A DNA stretch of 64,000 bases from Negaprion brevirostris (taxonomy: Eukaryota): the NCBI GenBank assembly GCA_030324005.1, contig JARDVH010000073.1:80355327-80419326 (forward strand). Direction: 5' to 3'. The translations under genes and the position numbers were made by a program. Under the pieces are notes generated by a model, which did not search any database, was not told the origin of the DNA, and saw only the letters and a list, made by a program, of their open reading frames with translations. Within the stretch, counting starts at the first letter, position 1. Every line of letters begins with the position of its first letter. Below are positions 25,269 through 37,897 of the stretch, one piece after another.

Positions 25269-25595
25269 GGGTTGCACTGTAGCACAATGTTAGCATTGCT
25301 GCTTCACAGCTCAGGAACCTGGGTTCGAATCCTGGCTTGGGTCACTGTCTGTGTGGAGTTTGCACATCGTCCTCGTGTCTGCATGCGTTTCCTCCAGATG
25401 CTCCGGTTTCCTCCCACAGTCCAAAGATGTGCGGGTTAGGTTGATTGGCCATGCTAAAATTGCCCTTAGCATAGTGANNNNNNNNNNAAAATAGGTCGGA
25501 ATTTGGGGGTGGGGCCTGGGTGGGATTGTGGTCGATGCAGACTCAATGAGCCAAATGGCCTCTTTCCGTACTGTAGGGTTTCTATGATTCTATGA
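25269..25595 (+). mobile_element. HE1-type V-SINE, full length
   Basis: tRNA-like head with B box gggttcgaatcc, V-domain gtttcctccagatgctccggtttcctcccacagtccaaagatgtg and tail ctatgattctatga. Confidence 0.92.
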
Positions 25596-25789
25596 ACAAT
25601 GCAGTTACGAAAGATATATGAGATGAATACATTTGGGAATATGTTTGTATATAAAGTGCCTCACTGAGGACATGATAAAGTGCTATATACACTTTCCCCT
25701 ACACCTGTTATAAACTTTGCGTTGGACCTTTCTCACTTGTAATACATTTGACTGCAACAGTGAAATCAGATTTTGTTTTAAGAATAATC

Positions 25790-27752
25790 TACTACAAAAT
25801 TCCTGGCCAATTATGTTTGTGCTGGCACTCCGTAAGTGCAATTTACTTAATCCCATTCCCCTGATATTTTCTTGAAACCCTGCAAATGTTTTCTCTTCAG
25901 ACAATCATCTAATCTCTTTGGAAAGAATCTGCCACTCCTACACTCTCAGACAGTGCATTCCGAATCCTAACAGCTTGCCGTGTAAAAATGTTTATCCTCG
26001 TGTCGTCTGTGGTTCTTTGCAATTGCCTTAAATCCTGGTTCTCTGATTCTTGATCTTTCCACCAATGGGAAAATTTTATCCCTATCTACCCCATCAGAAC
26101 CTCTTATGATTTTGACCATCTCTTTAAAAAAAATCTCCTCTCAATCTTCTTTGATAAGAACAGTCCCATTTCACTAATTTTTCCATTGGTCTCTCATCCC
26201 CAGAACTATTCTTATAAGTCCTTTTTGCCTGCTCTCCAATGTTTTAACATCCTTGCAATAAGTGTTACCCACCATTGGACACAATGCTCAAGTATAGGCC
26301 AGACTTGAATTTTATAAAGTTTCACCATAACTTGCTTGTTTTTGGACTCTGTTGCTATTTATAAAGCTCAGTTGCCCACCTTACTAACCGCTTTCTCAAC
26401 TTGCCCTGCCACCTTCAATGAATTGTGTGCATATACCCCTAGGTCCCTCTGCTCCTGCATTAGAATTGTATGCTTTATTTATATTGCCTTTCCTCCTTCT
26501 TCTTGTCACTTCACACTACTTGGTATAAAATTTCATCTGTCTCATGTCTCCCCGTTCCACCATCCTACCTATTTTCCCTTAAAGTCTATCATTGTCTTCT
26601 TCACAGTTTATGATACTTCCAAATTTTGCGTCATCTGCAAATTTTGAAATTTTGCCCTATACACCTACTGGGACATTAATAAAAATCAAGAAAAGCAGTG
26701 GTCCTAAACATGAACCCTTAGGGAACTCCACTGTAGACCCTCCTTCAGTCTGGAAAACATCTGTTCACCATCACTCGATCTACTTTGTCTCCATGCTGCC
26801 ACTCTCTATTTTATCCTTGGGCTTTAACTTTGCTGAAAAACCTGTTATGTGGCACCTTATCAAATCCTTTTGGACATCCACTAACTGCATTGCCCTTATC
26901 GACCCTGTAACCTGATCAAAAAACTCAATTAAATTAGATAAACATGATTTGTCATTAACAAGTCAGTGTTGACTTTCTTTAATTAACCCTAATTCATCCA
27001 AGCTTGTCGAACACTATAATTTCTAAAGTAATTCCATCTCTCAGGTTACACTGGCTTGTTTGTAGTGGCTGGCTTATCCTTATATCCTTTTTTGAATAAG
27101 GGAGTAACATTTACAATTCTCCTGTTCTCTGGCACCATCCCTGTATCTAAGGAACATTGCAAGTCTTGACCAGTGCTTACATAACTTCTAACCTGATTTC
27201 GCTCAGTATTCTCAGTATGTCAGACCTGAACCTGGTGATTACCAAGTTTTAGTTTATTTATTAGTGTCACAAGTAGGCTGACATTAACACTGCAATGAAA
27301 TTACTGTGGAAATCCCCTAGTCACCACATTCCATTGCTTGTTTGGGTACACTGAGGGAGAATTTAGCACAGCCAATGCAACCAATCAGCATGTCTTTCAG
27401 ACTGTGGGAGGAAACTGGAGCACCTGGAGGAAACCCACATAGATACAGGGAGAATGTGCAGATTTCACACAGACAGTGACCCAAGCTGGGAGTTGAACCC
27501 GGGTCCCTGGTGCTGTGAGGCAGCAGTGCTAACCACTGTGCCACCATACTGCCCTAACTTTATGTCCAGCCAGCCTTTCTAATACCTACTGCTTATTAAT
27601 TATTCACCTGCACCATGTCTCAATTACTTCCTCCTTTGCGACAATGTTAGCAGCATTTTAGTTCCGAGTAAAACCAAATATAAAGCACTCATTTACTACC
27701 TCAGCCATGCTCCCTGCTTCCATGTGTAAATTCCCTTTTTGGTTCACCCATT
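25790..27752 (-). mobile_element. CR1 LINE ORF2 remnant with nested V-SINE at 27244-27554
   Basis: gcgtcatctgcaaattt is the reverse complement of KFADD. FDKVPH lies at about 26850. The SINE reverse complement is clear at 27244-27554. Confidence 0.85.
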
Positions 27753-28954
27753 TCATAATTTGGTGGTATGACTGGATAAGCTTACCGAGTTTGAAATCAG
27801 TTGTGCATGTTTTAGACTTGTCACATTAATGGTCTGTAAGTATGTTATTGCATTTACTGGAAATGATGGGTTGACATTAAGCATGTTGAAACATCTTGTC
27901 ACGCGCTGCCAGTATGGCCAGAGAATTGAAATGCTCTGCATTTCCCTCAGCTACAATAGGTTAATTGTTAGATTATCCTGTAAAGTGGGCAGACTGTGCC
28001 TGCCACCTACGCATTATTTTGAGGTATATCTATGCAGCCATTGAGTTGAAAGCAGCAAAGGTAGCAATGTTGAACACCTGTATTAAATCTCATCTTAACC
28101 TTCTCCACTCCAGGGAGAACAATCCCAGCTTCTATAATCTCTCCACATAACTGAAGCCCTTCATTCCTGGTTCCATTATAATAAATTTCCTCTGGGACGT
28201 GATTAGGATTTCTATTTAACATTGTGCGTGCAGTTTAAAAATACTGCTTCACAGCCTTCCCCCTGTAATCTAATATGGCTGTTTGTTTTGAACGGGTGGC
28301 CGGCTGTTCTTAAACAGTCATTAATCTTGATTAATTGTTACCCGTACAACTGTAAAAATTGGTTACTGTACAAAGTATTTATTGGCATTTTAACAAAAGC
28401 TTTTCTCACTGCGGCTCTATCAGCTCAAGTTCTATACAGGTGTTGGCTGTTCTGGGACTTCACTAATATCATCCTTCATGCTATGCCTTTTTGTCCTATT
28501 GCCAAGCAAGTAAGAACATTCCAAGTGTCTTTCACAGAATAGTTGAAACAGATTCTTCAGAATCAGTTGTGTTTAATTCTCAATGTTACAAATACAAAAT
28601 TCAATTTCCTTACAAGTTTTATCCTGCATATTTGTCATGCAGTTTGCCAATCTTACCTTGAAGGAATTTGACCTTTCTTGATTTATGTTCTGTTTGGATG
28701 TGCATGCAATTAGGAAAAGGATTAAGTAGCGTTGTGCTCTGACTCTGTCCACATATGTACCTTCTTTCCTGTTAGGATGAAAGACCCTCTTCAGATGATA
28801 TTTCAGTAATTTTACTTGAGGTAGTTTAAAGGCTGGACTGTTTCACAAAAGAGAAAGTATAAAGCTCTGAAGATTGAGAATTTCACTCTCTCCAATCCTT
28901 GCTAATTATTGATTCCAGTTTTGTTATGAAACCAAATAAATACATGACTGGAAG

Positions 28955-29048
28955 AGATAATGCTATAACATCTCAGCAAGTCTGGCAGCATCTGTAAGGA
29001 GAGAGAAGAGTTGACATTTTGAGTCCAGATGACTCTTTTTCAAAGTTC
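28955..29048 (-). mobile_element. Single arm of the hammerhead-motif element
   Basis: Reverse complement reads gaact-TTGAAAA-a-GAGTC atctg GACTC-AAAA-TGTC-aactc, followed by the family arm. Confidence 0.65.
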
Positions 29049-29075
29049 AATGCTCACATGGCTGGTGATACTTAC

Positions 29076-29378
29076 AGGTGGCAAAGTGGCATAGTGGTTA
29101 GCACAGCTACCTCTCAGCGCCAGTGAGCCGGGTTGGATTCCTGGCTTGGGTCACTGTCTGTGCAGAGTCTGCACGTTCTACCAGTGTCTGCGTGGGTTTC
29201 TTCCGAATACCCTGGTTTCTTTCTACAGTCTGAAAGACGTGCTGGTTAGGTGCATTGGCCATTCTAAATTCTTCCTCAGTGAGCTTAGACAGACGTTGGA
29301 GTGTGGCGGCTAGGGAATTTTCACAGTAACTTCATTGCAGTGTTAATGTTAGCCCACTTGTGACATTAATAAATTTAA
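29076..29378 (+). mobile_element. V-SINE with alternative 3' tail and TSD ACTTAC
   Basis: Head and V-domain plus tail cacagtaacttcattgcagtgttaatg. acttac occurs at 29070-29075 and 29379-29384. Confidence 0.88.
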
Positions 29379-29867
29379 ACTTACTTCTGATAGTGGAGTA
29401 GAACTTCCTTTTGAACTGCTAAGCAAACAAGAAGGTTCAAAGTAAATGGTCAGCTTTTTGCTTCTGGGAAAATATGATTTCTGCCTTCATGCAGTTTTTA
29501 GAAACTCGAAACTGCAGTGCGGATATTGCACTCAGATACAGTCAACTTCTTCCCAATTCAAAGTTTGTTCATTTGAGTTTTCCACAAATTTAAATTGAAA
29601 TTGTGAAAATAAATGTCACCTCTGTGGTTTCATTAAAAACACTTAATTGTTTCTATTGGACAGGTTAATGTTTTTCAAGCAGGAAACAGGGCAAGATTGT
29701 AGCTGATGACCATAATTTGGAGTTTAATCTCTCAATGACAGCAGACACAATGTTAGTAAATGTTGCACTCATGTTCTGGCCTTAGATTGCCATTATCTCG
29801 TTGATGTTGTCCATGGTCAAAATCTTTTCGCATGCTTGCACAGATGTTGGAGAAGCACAGATACATA

Positions 29868-30594
29868 GAGTGGAATTCTCCCATACCCCCGCCAAAGGGT
29901 TCAATGGAAGGTGGGGTGGGAGACCTAGGAAGAGGTTTTATGCCAGTGTGAATTTCTCGTGGGATCTTCTGCTGGTGCCCGTCATGGTGGATCGGGAAAC
30001 CCGCTGGTGTGAAGCACATTGCATCTCGCCAATAGGATGCAGATAAAGGTCCCATCACCCACGCCTGATTCTCTGTGGCACCAGCAGGAAAACATGCTGG
30101 TAAAAAACACGTCTGGAATAACCTGGCGCACAAATGTCTGGTCTCACTTGAACAATACCTGGGGCTTCCTGCAGAACTCAGCCTGGACCCCAGAACATCA
30201 GGGCAATGGGTGAGGGAAGCATCTCCAGCTGGACCTTCCAGATTTGGTGTCCTGGAGTGGTTCATCTCCCAGCCTCAGAACATNNNNNNNNNNTATCAGG
30301 TGGTCCATTTTCTGGTCTCAGCATGCTCCCTGAGATCCATCTTCACTTTCAGAGCATCCACCCTCTTTCTTCAATAGTGGGTCAATAATGGTAGGTGCCT
30401 TTTTAATAGGATGGTGGGCTACATGACACAAGCCTGTTTGCTACTGAATGTGGTGCAAAATACCTGGTTGCATAATTAATTAGGTTGTGGTTGGAAGTTT
30501 CAGCACGTTTTGTTGCCGGCCTCCTCAGCGGGATACTACTCTACGTTCCTGCCCTGCCAGGAGACATGGTCCCAGGCTGGGAGAATTCTGCCCC
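29868..30594. mobile_element. Harbinger-like MITE
   Basis: TIRs gagtggaattctccc and gggagaattctgccc, about 12/15 match. GC-rich interior. TSD ambiguous. Confidence 0.7.
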
Positions 30595-30654
30595 TAGTCT
30601 CCAATGATCTAGGCAGGGAGCTCTGAAAATTATCAAAGGGCTGCAGCAACTGGG

Positions 30655-30800
30655 GGATGATGGTAGTGTAATGATAATGTCACTAGACTTACAGCTCCGA
30701 GGCCCAAGCTAATGCTTTAGGAATAAGGGCTCAAATCCCAATATGGCAACTAGTAGAATTTAAATTCAATCATTTAAAGAAAAATGAAATGTAAAGCTAA
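30655..30800 (+). mobile_element. 5' part of the tRNA-derived SINE family seen at 4590-4960
   Basis: aatgtcactagact...gggctcaaatcccaatatggcaactagtagaatttaaattcaat resembles the reverse complement of 4850-4950. Confidence 0.55.
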
Positions 30801-30919
30801 CATTGTATCCCAATAAGTGTGACAATAATAAACCAAATCAACTTCAAGATACTCATAAATGAAAAACTTACTGTTTATTCAGCAGAGATTATTGATTTCA
30901 AATATCTGAATACTTTTCT

Positions 30920-31040
30920 TTAAGTTTATTTATTAGTCATAAGTAGGCTTACATTAACACTGCAATGAAGTTACTGTGATAATCCCCTAGTCGCTACACT
31001 CCGGTGCCTATTTGGGTACACTGTAGAAGAATTTAGCTTC
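30920..31040 (-). mobile_element. V-SINE 3' fragment
   Basis: Nearly identical to 27250-27368. Confidence 0.8.
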
Positions 31041-31764
31041 ACCCTGCTGTGCAATGGGTTATTTAACTGGGTGAGCAGCAATGTGACGAATACTGGAGGA
31101 AGCTTATGTGTTTTTCAAAGTGGTTACCTTGTAATATTCTAATAATTGCAAGTGTTCTTAAAGCCGATTAACAAACCCCATATTCTCAATAGTAAAGTTA
31201 ATATCCTACTCCTGCTGCTCATAAGAGCAGATACAGTCAGGCTAACCTATCTGTCCTCAAGGAAAATTATTTACTACAGAGAGGGATTTACCAGCTAAGA
31301 TGCTCAATGGTCATTCATCTTTACATTCTGATTAAAGGTTCGTTCTACTTCCTTTTGTGTTCATCTCAGCAACACAAAGAATGCCTGTCTATTGATATGA
31401 GAAAATAAAGCAACTATATATATGCTGCCATCAGTATATCAGTATACTGTGGTACATTGTGAAAAAATCAGTCACTTATTCACATAAACTCTAGTTATAA
31501 CTCAGGGTTCAAAGTAGAGGGGGCGGCAGGCAAATTCACCTTGGAAGGCCCACAGGCAAGCCTGGAAAAGTCTATATTAGAACCATAGAGCCGTAGAGAT
31601 ATACAGCACAGATACAGGCTCTTCAGCCCAATTTGTCCATGCCGACCAGGTTTCCTAAACTGAACTCGTCCCACTTGCCTGAATTTGGGAATGGTTCATT
31701 ATTAAGGACTGGCATCTCTGTGAGCTATGGTATTGCACTGCTCCCAAAGGCACAGGAAAACATT

Positions 31765-31870
31765 ACAGCTCTGAGAAAGGGTCATCCTGACTCAAAACAT
31801 TGGTTCTATTCTCTCTCCATGGACGCTGTCAGGACTGCTGAGATTTTCCAACATTTTCTGTTTCTGTATT
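31765..31870 (+). mobile_element. Single arm of the hammerhead-motif element
   Basis: agct-CTGAGAA-a-GGGTCAtccTGACTC-AAAA-cattggttct plus arm gctgagattttccaacattttctgttt. Confidence 0.65.
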
Positions 31871-32454
31871 ATGAAATGGTGCCCCGAGAACCCAGCTCTG
31901 AAACCAGTTGGCATTCCAGTGACTCCAGTACGGAAGACCAGACAGCCCGGGTAAACAGTAGGCCAGAGAGCTTGGTGAGCGCTGGAGGCCGACATTGGTG
32001 TCTCCCAACTAGCTCGCTGCATGGTCCAGAGAGAACAAGGAAACCAGAAACCACTTTGCTTATTTTGTTCTGGGATTTTCCACTAATGTGGGGCGAAGGA
32101 CTTGTTTACAGCTGGCACAGGTGCAGGCAAAGTAGAATCATCAGNNNNNNNNNNCCCAAGAGAAACTAATAATACCTTGCACTAGAGCATTCTTAGATTA
32201 AAGGATTTAAGGGAAGCAGCGAAAAGACTAACAAAGTTCAGCCAAGTAAGTGAAACCCTCTTGTTTCTGCTTCCTCGGAGACCATTGGTCTGGAAAGTCT
32301 TTTGACTCCTGCTTTAGGAGAGCAGTCAGTAGCTACTAAAGATGCAGTGATTCCAGCATTTGTGCCAGCCTGGAAAACTAGCAAAAGTGACAACGGTTTC
32401 AAAGAAAATGATGTGCTCTAAGGAATTGACACTTCAAAAACAACCTGAATATAA

Positions 32455-33335
32455 AGCATAGGAGCACTGGTAGACCATTCAACCTTTTGAGCCTGCCCTG
32501 TCATTCAGTAAAATTATGATTGATTTACCTCAGATCCACCTTCCTGAATTTTCTTCATGTTTCTTAATTCCCTTATTATTCAGAAGTTTTATCAATCTCT
32601 GTCTTGAATATACTCAATGACTGTGAATCCACAACTCTAAAGGAGAGTGAATTCTAAAGATTTCCAACACTTTGAATGAAGCAAGTTCTCATCTCACTCT
32701 GAATTGACTGAGCCATTATTCTGAAACTTTGGCCCTTCTTTCAAGACACCCCATCCAGTGGAAGCATCCTCCCAGCATCTATCCTGTCAGACACCTTAGA
32801 ACTTTATATATTTCAAAAAGATCACCTCTCATTCTTCTGAATTATAAGGAATATATTTTGAGTTTCTCTCTTCTCACAGAACAATCCTCTTATCCAAAGA
32901 ATTAGCTTAGTGAATACTTGTTGCATTCCCCCTAAAGCAAATATATCCTTTTGAAGGAGACCCAAGCTATAAACAGTACTCCAGGTTTGGTCTCTCCAAA
33001 GCCCTATATAATTACAGCAATACTTCCTCACAATTTCTAATGTATGTCAAAGTTTTATAATGAAGGCTTACATTTGCCTCTACAATTGATGGCTGTATCT
33101 GCATGTTAATTTTCTTGAATTTGTGCACAAGGATCTCTATGAATATCAACAATTCACAGTCCCTCTCCATTTTTTTTCTCCCAAAAAAGTGAATAACGTC
33201 TCTGTTATATTTCATCCTGGCACATTATTAACCTGTTTGATTAACATTCTGCTTGCCGCAGCATCTTTGCATCTTTCTCACAGCTTCCTTTCCCATTTAG
33301 CTCTGTACCATCTGCAAACTGACAAAGAGTCAGAC
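32455..33335 (-). mobile_element. Degenerate CR1 LINE
   Basis: ORF 32822..33031(-) KDIFALGGMQQVFTKLILWIRGL; catctgcaaact near 33310 is the reverse complement of KFAD. Confidence 0.8.
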
Positions 33336-34211
33336 TGAAAATACAGTGATATATAGATATGGCATGACCTAAGCTGTAGGTGTATCTAATATTCCATCTC
33401 TTTGGAATTTGCACATTTTCAGTACATGAACATTGAAGTATAGGAAAATAAAATTGTCATATTTTATGGTACTGTTATGGCAATTTCCATGATTGTTGAG
33501 CCACCCCACTAATAATTTCCAAGTAAGTTGCAGTTGAACATTTGATTTTGTGCATGACTCATTAAAGCAGACGACATTTTAAGTGATGCGGTTCAGGGTA
33601 GTAAAACAAGTACAAATTTACTGAATCGTAGTTGAAGCAAAGGATAATATCAGTGCCTTTGGCATAATTATTATTTGAAAAGCAAATACATGGTTGTTAA
33701 TGAGAACTTTGAAAATCACTTTGTGGCATGCAATGATGTAATATTCAAGCAACTAATTTTATTTAGCAGAAAAAGTGAATCGATTAATTTGCTAAGTGAT
33801 TCCTGTGCTATCTCCTGGATTATTGTGAATATAGAAACTTGCGTGATTAAATGTTCCATCACAGACTACTACATAAGTCTTCAAAACTGACCAAATCCAA
33901 ATTTATCAAAGTTGATTCTCAAGGAAGCTCTCAGCTAGGTACACTTGAGGAAAGTGTTGAAGAATGAACAGTCCATATTGCTGTATTGACATTGAATTCA
34001 GATAATTTTGTTGAATTTATAGAACAAAATATCGCTATGCTGCATGGAATGAGCAAAAATGTCCACAGCACAGCCAGTAGAAAAGACACGAGCAAACCTT
34101 TTTCTCAATGGGCATTCAGTTGGATTAAAAAATGACACTGGAACAGATGCCATCATGTCACTTTATGCAGGGAATAAATACTTCCTGTGTAATCAAATGA
34201 GATTCATTTGG

Positions 34212-34334
34212 AATAAAAAAGAAAACGCTGGAAAGAATCAGCACCATCAGTCAGCATCAGTGGAGAAAAAATCCAAGTTAACATTTCTGGTTGATAGTCA
34301 ATCATCAGAACTAAACATATTCTGTTTAGTTCTG
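34212..34334 (-). mobile_element. Hammerhead-motif element with a central perfect hairpin
   Basis: Minus-strand AGTT-CTGATGA-ttgactatcaacca-GAAA-tgtt-AACT (34276-34312). 12-bp inverted repeat at 34306-34317 and 34323-34334. Confidence 0.65.
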
Positions 34335-34849
34335 CATGTCAGTTCTGCAAAAGATTTTTCTGAGCACGTTGAGAAGAAATAGTCAAAAGGAAATTAACAA
34401 TGGAGAATGCTCGTTGGATGACCAACACTCGAGGCTCAAGGTTTGCATAAAATGGATGCAGTCATCTGAAAGACAGAGTATAAAAGGCTATTCTTGAAAT
34501 TATTTAAAGTTCTGAGGAAAATAAAAGTATGATGTTCAACTCTTTGCCCTCATTACAACTAAGGTTAAAAATGATTTATGAAACATAGATCATCTAGGAG
34601 TGCAATAGTAAAGAAAGTATAGTACAGATACTACCCATAAGATGGACAAGTTTGCATTTGTGTTTATTTCACGGAACTGAATAGGACAAGTTGAGAAGAA
34701 ACTGACCAGTTTTCCGATTCAAAAATCTACTCAAAATTGCTGTACCAACTCTGGATTTTGGAAGGTGCTGTTCAGGTTAAAGAATGATCCTTACCATAAT
34801 CCAAATGCTTGGCAGCTCCTGAGTGTTACCTATTACACCTCAAGTGGTT

Positions 34850-35620
34850 GCTCTTGCTATGCCTGCTTGATTATTTCATGATTCTATCCTTGGGGCCACT
34901 CTCCTTCATTATTTACCTGCTATCCTGGTGATTTTATCCAGAAGCATAAAATCAGCTTTTATGTATACTCTATATATTCTGAATTCAATTCTATATCACT
35001 TCCTCCAGTTGCTGTCACTACCGGATGAGTCAAATATTCCTCCTTAATGCCACTAAATACTCGTGGCTCCTGCAGATAATCTGCATTTTGGCCTTGAATC
35101 TTCTATTACAGTGTCACCTCAAACTTGGACCCAGAGGTGAATAACTTTGGTGTCTTGTTTAACCCTGAGCTGCTCCTCGTTTTCAACCTGCCACCACGAC
35201 TACTACTTTCTTTTACCTTTGCAAATGGCAAATTGCCACTGCTGAGACCCTAATCCAAGATTTTATTTTTCTGCTCTTGAACTTCTCAGATGACCTTGCC
35301 TCTCCATCTCTATTCATGGACCACAAATCATTCAGTATGTCAAAGTTTTTGTTCTTGACTATAAGGCCCACATTATTATAATTGCTGTCCTCATTAAGGC
35401 CCACTGCTTACAGGATCCCAATGACTTGACTCTGATTCTTCCCTCATTGATCTTCTCTAACCCTATATCTCTGTGAGCACTGACAAGTTTTCCCAACTTG
35501 GGCTTTTTTCTATATCATCGTTAGCAACTGCTTCTGAAGCCATCTTGAACTCGGGTTCTTCCCCTCAATGTGATTAGAAATGCTGGAAACCTCCTTTTCA
35601 GTCATCTTCACCCTTCCTCC
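34850..35620 (+). mobile_element. Highly degenerate L2 LINE
   Basis: ctatccttggggccactctccttcattatttacctg resembles SILGPLLFxIY. gctgagaccctaatccaag resembles AETLI. Confidence 0.5.
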
Positions 35621-37897
35621 CACCCCAAACTCATTGCTCCATATTTCCCCCAAACTTGGGGTCCACTGTTAACAGCTTGTTAAACATCCAGATGTGTCCC
35701 TTTCTATTGGGCATGCGATATAACAACATAAACTGTCCTTATTTCATTTATTACATTATTTGATACTACTTCAAATAACCACTGATAGGAAATTTATAAC
35801 ATTCCCAAGGGCAAATGTTGCAGTACTTTGAGTGTCTCAATGGTGTTCTTTGCAACATAGATAATATTCTGATTTTCATCCAGGTTGGAATCTTTGCCGA
35901 AATAGGACAGCACTCGAGGTCAAATCCATTTACAATCAAGCAAAGGAGATGGCTTGGCAGAAACAAACATCTTGTGACTCAATCATAACTACAGTAGCTT
36001 CATCTGGTCCTGATAACCCAGAGTGAACAGGCTATTGTAGAAGATCGGGACATCTTTCACAACCATAATGTACTTGTATAGATGAATATCAATGGCAGGC
36101 GAGTTTAAAGGAAAGCTTTTCTTTTTCCCACGTAGAGGATGGGTTAGTGTTAGGTCCCAATTCAATGCAAGTGTGACTTCCCTGTTAAAAGAAGAGGTGG
36201 AAGCACGTGTAGTAGAATATCTTTAAAGGTATTGACCGCGTATAGTATGATAATTTATTTTTATGCTGAGAAGTTTCAAAGTGTCTAGGTAATTTTTATT
36301 AAATATTTAAATTAACTATTGCCTGTTAAGCCATTGGATAGATGGAGCTGATTACACTAAGAGGAATGGGCATGTTGTGCCTAATAGTGTTTTCTATTCT
36401 TGAATCTCCCATTTATTTTTCTGAGATGACAAGATACAGATCAAATGTAATTTCCAATCCATTCATTGGCACTGTGGCAGTGCCTTTACAGGTTTCTGTT
36501 GCTCTAACTTCAAATGCCTACTCTTTATAATGGTGCACTTTTTGCCTTTTATCCTAGTTGCTTAGTGCAAAGTACATCTGGTATTTCAGCAGAAAACTTT
36601 AATCTCTTCGGACGACATTCTTTGATGGCGAAACAGTTTGATTTGCATAAAAAGTAATGAAAAATTATTTTTCTAAGAGGTCACAACTGCAGATCACCTG
36701 AAGAATGGAGGGCAGCTTTCCAAATGAAGGCATTTACTTAATGGAATTTTGAAAAATGTTTCCTTTTAATATCTCAGATAGGAAAATCAACATTTACTGA
36801 ATCATCCCGACTAAGGAGGTCAGCTTCAATGTTATGTTTCCACCAAACAGCAATAAAAAGTCAACAAGTTACTCCATACTTTAGGATTAAGAAGGGGTGA
36901 GAGATGGAAAGTCACCGTGTTCCTGCTCTTAGTCATTGTCAGTGCCCCTGACTCGAATATTTGTGTGAATGATAGGTTAGCATAGGGCAAAACTGTGATA
37001 TTTCCATGGTCAAATAGTTTATTGGCTCTCACTAAAGCAAGGTAGAAAAAGCTGAGCAGAGTTCATGAAGCTATATACCTAGCTTGGTTTAAAACAGACT
37101 TATCACATGACTGCTAATACACCGTTTCATTAAACAAAGTAGTTTGTCCCACTGAGTATTGGGCAAAGATTGCACCTGACATAGGACTAAGCTATAAATA
37201 GCTGAAGACCTAAGTTTGAATCCCAGTGTTTGCACCTATCAGCCAGGATTGCAAAGAGAGTGCACTGCAGTTGGGCTCAGCATTCCCAATACAGACAGGG
37301 TGAAAATATCAGATTCAAATTTTAAATATGCAGCAGCCCTTGTTAAGAACATGTGTGTTAAATGAACTTTGAGTGGAGACAGGATTGAGCTTGGATGTCG
37401 TGTCCATTTGATAGTCTTATAAGCTATCAGCATTATTGTCAGCTTTTTTGAGCGATGATAACTTAGACAATGTATTAGAATGCAGCGGGTGCCGCTAGAA
37501 CAGCAGCTTTCTTTCAGCACCTTCAGAAGACAGGAAGGAAGGACGAAAAACATAGGTGGCAAAAATGCTTATTTCTCTCCCAGCATTTGAGACAGTTCTT
37601 TTTTTATTCTGGAATTTCCTTTTTTGTTCAGCATTTTCTTCTTTTGATGTTTTGCTGGATTCTAGCTTGCAGATCTGCCCAGTTATTTCTTCCATTCAGA
37701 TTTTCTTTTCTCTCCGTTCCTTTGAAGAATTCTTTGACTATTCCACTTCTTAATTTTGATTTATTACTTTCATTGTTGCTCAAATTCCCATTTTCATAAA
37801 TTATCAAGATTACTGCTTTTTGTTAAAGCAGCTTCTCTCTAAATTTACCACAGGAAAGACCATTTACCCCCTTGATCCTGTTCTGCCATTCAATCAT

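Noticed and set aside
25269-25345. tRNA gene
   Set aside because: This and similar A/B-box sequences are SINE heads that continue into the V-domain.
31633-32169. 178-aa ORF
   Set aside because: It runs across a CR1 tail, a hammerhead element and LTR-like sequence and ends over a gap, with no recognisable domain.
36606-36640. cggacga-cattctttgatggc-gaaac as another hammerhead
   Set aside because: The core has a U4 mismatch, stem II is poor, there is no stem I and no family arm sequence.
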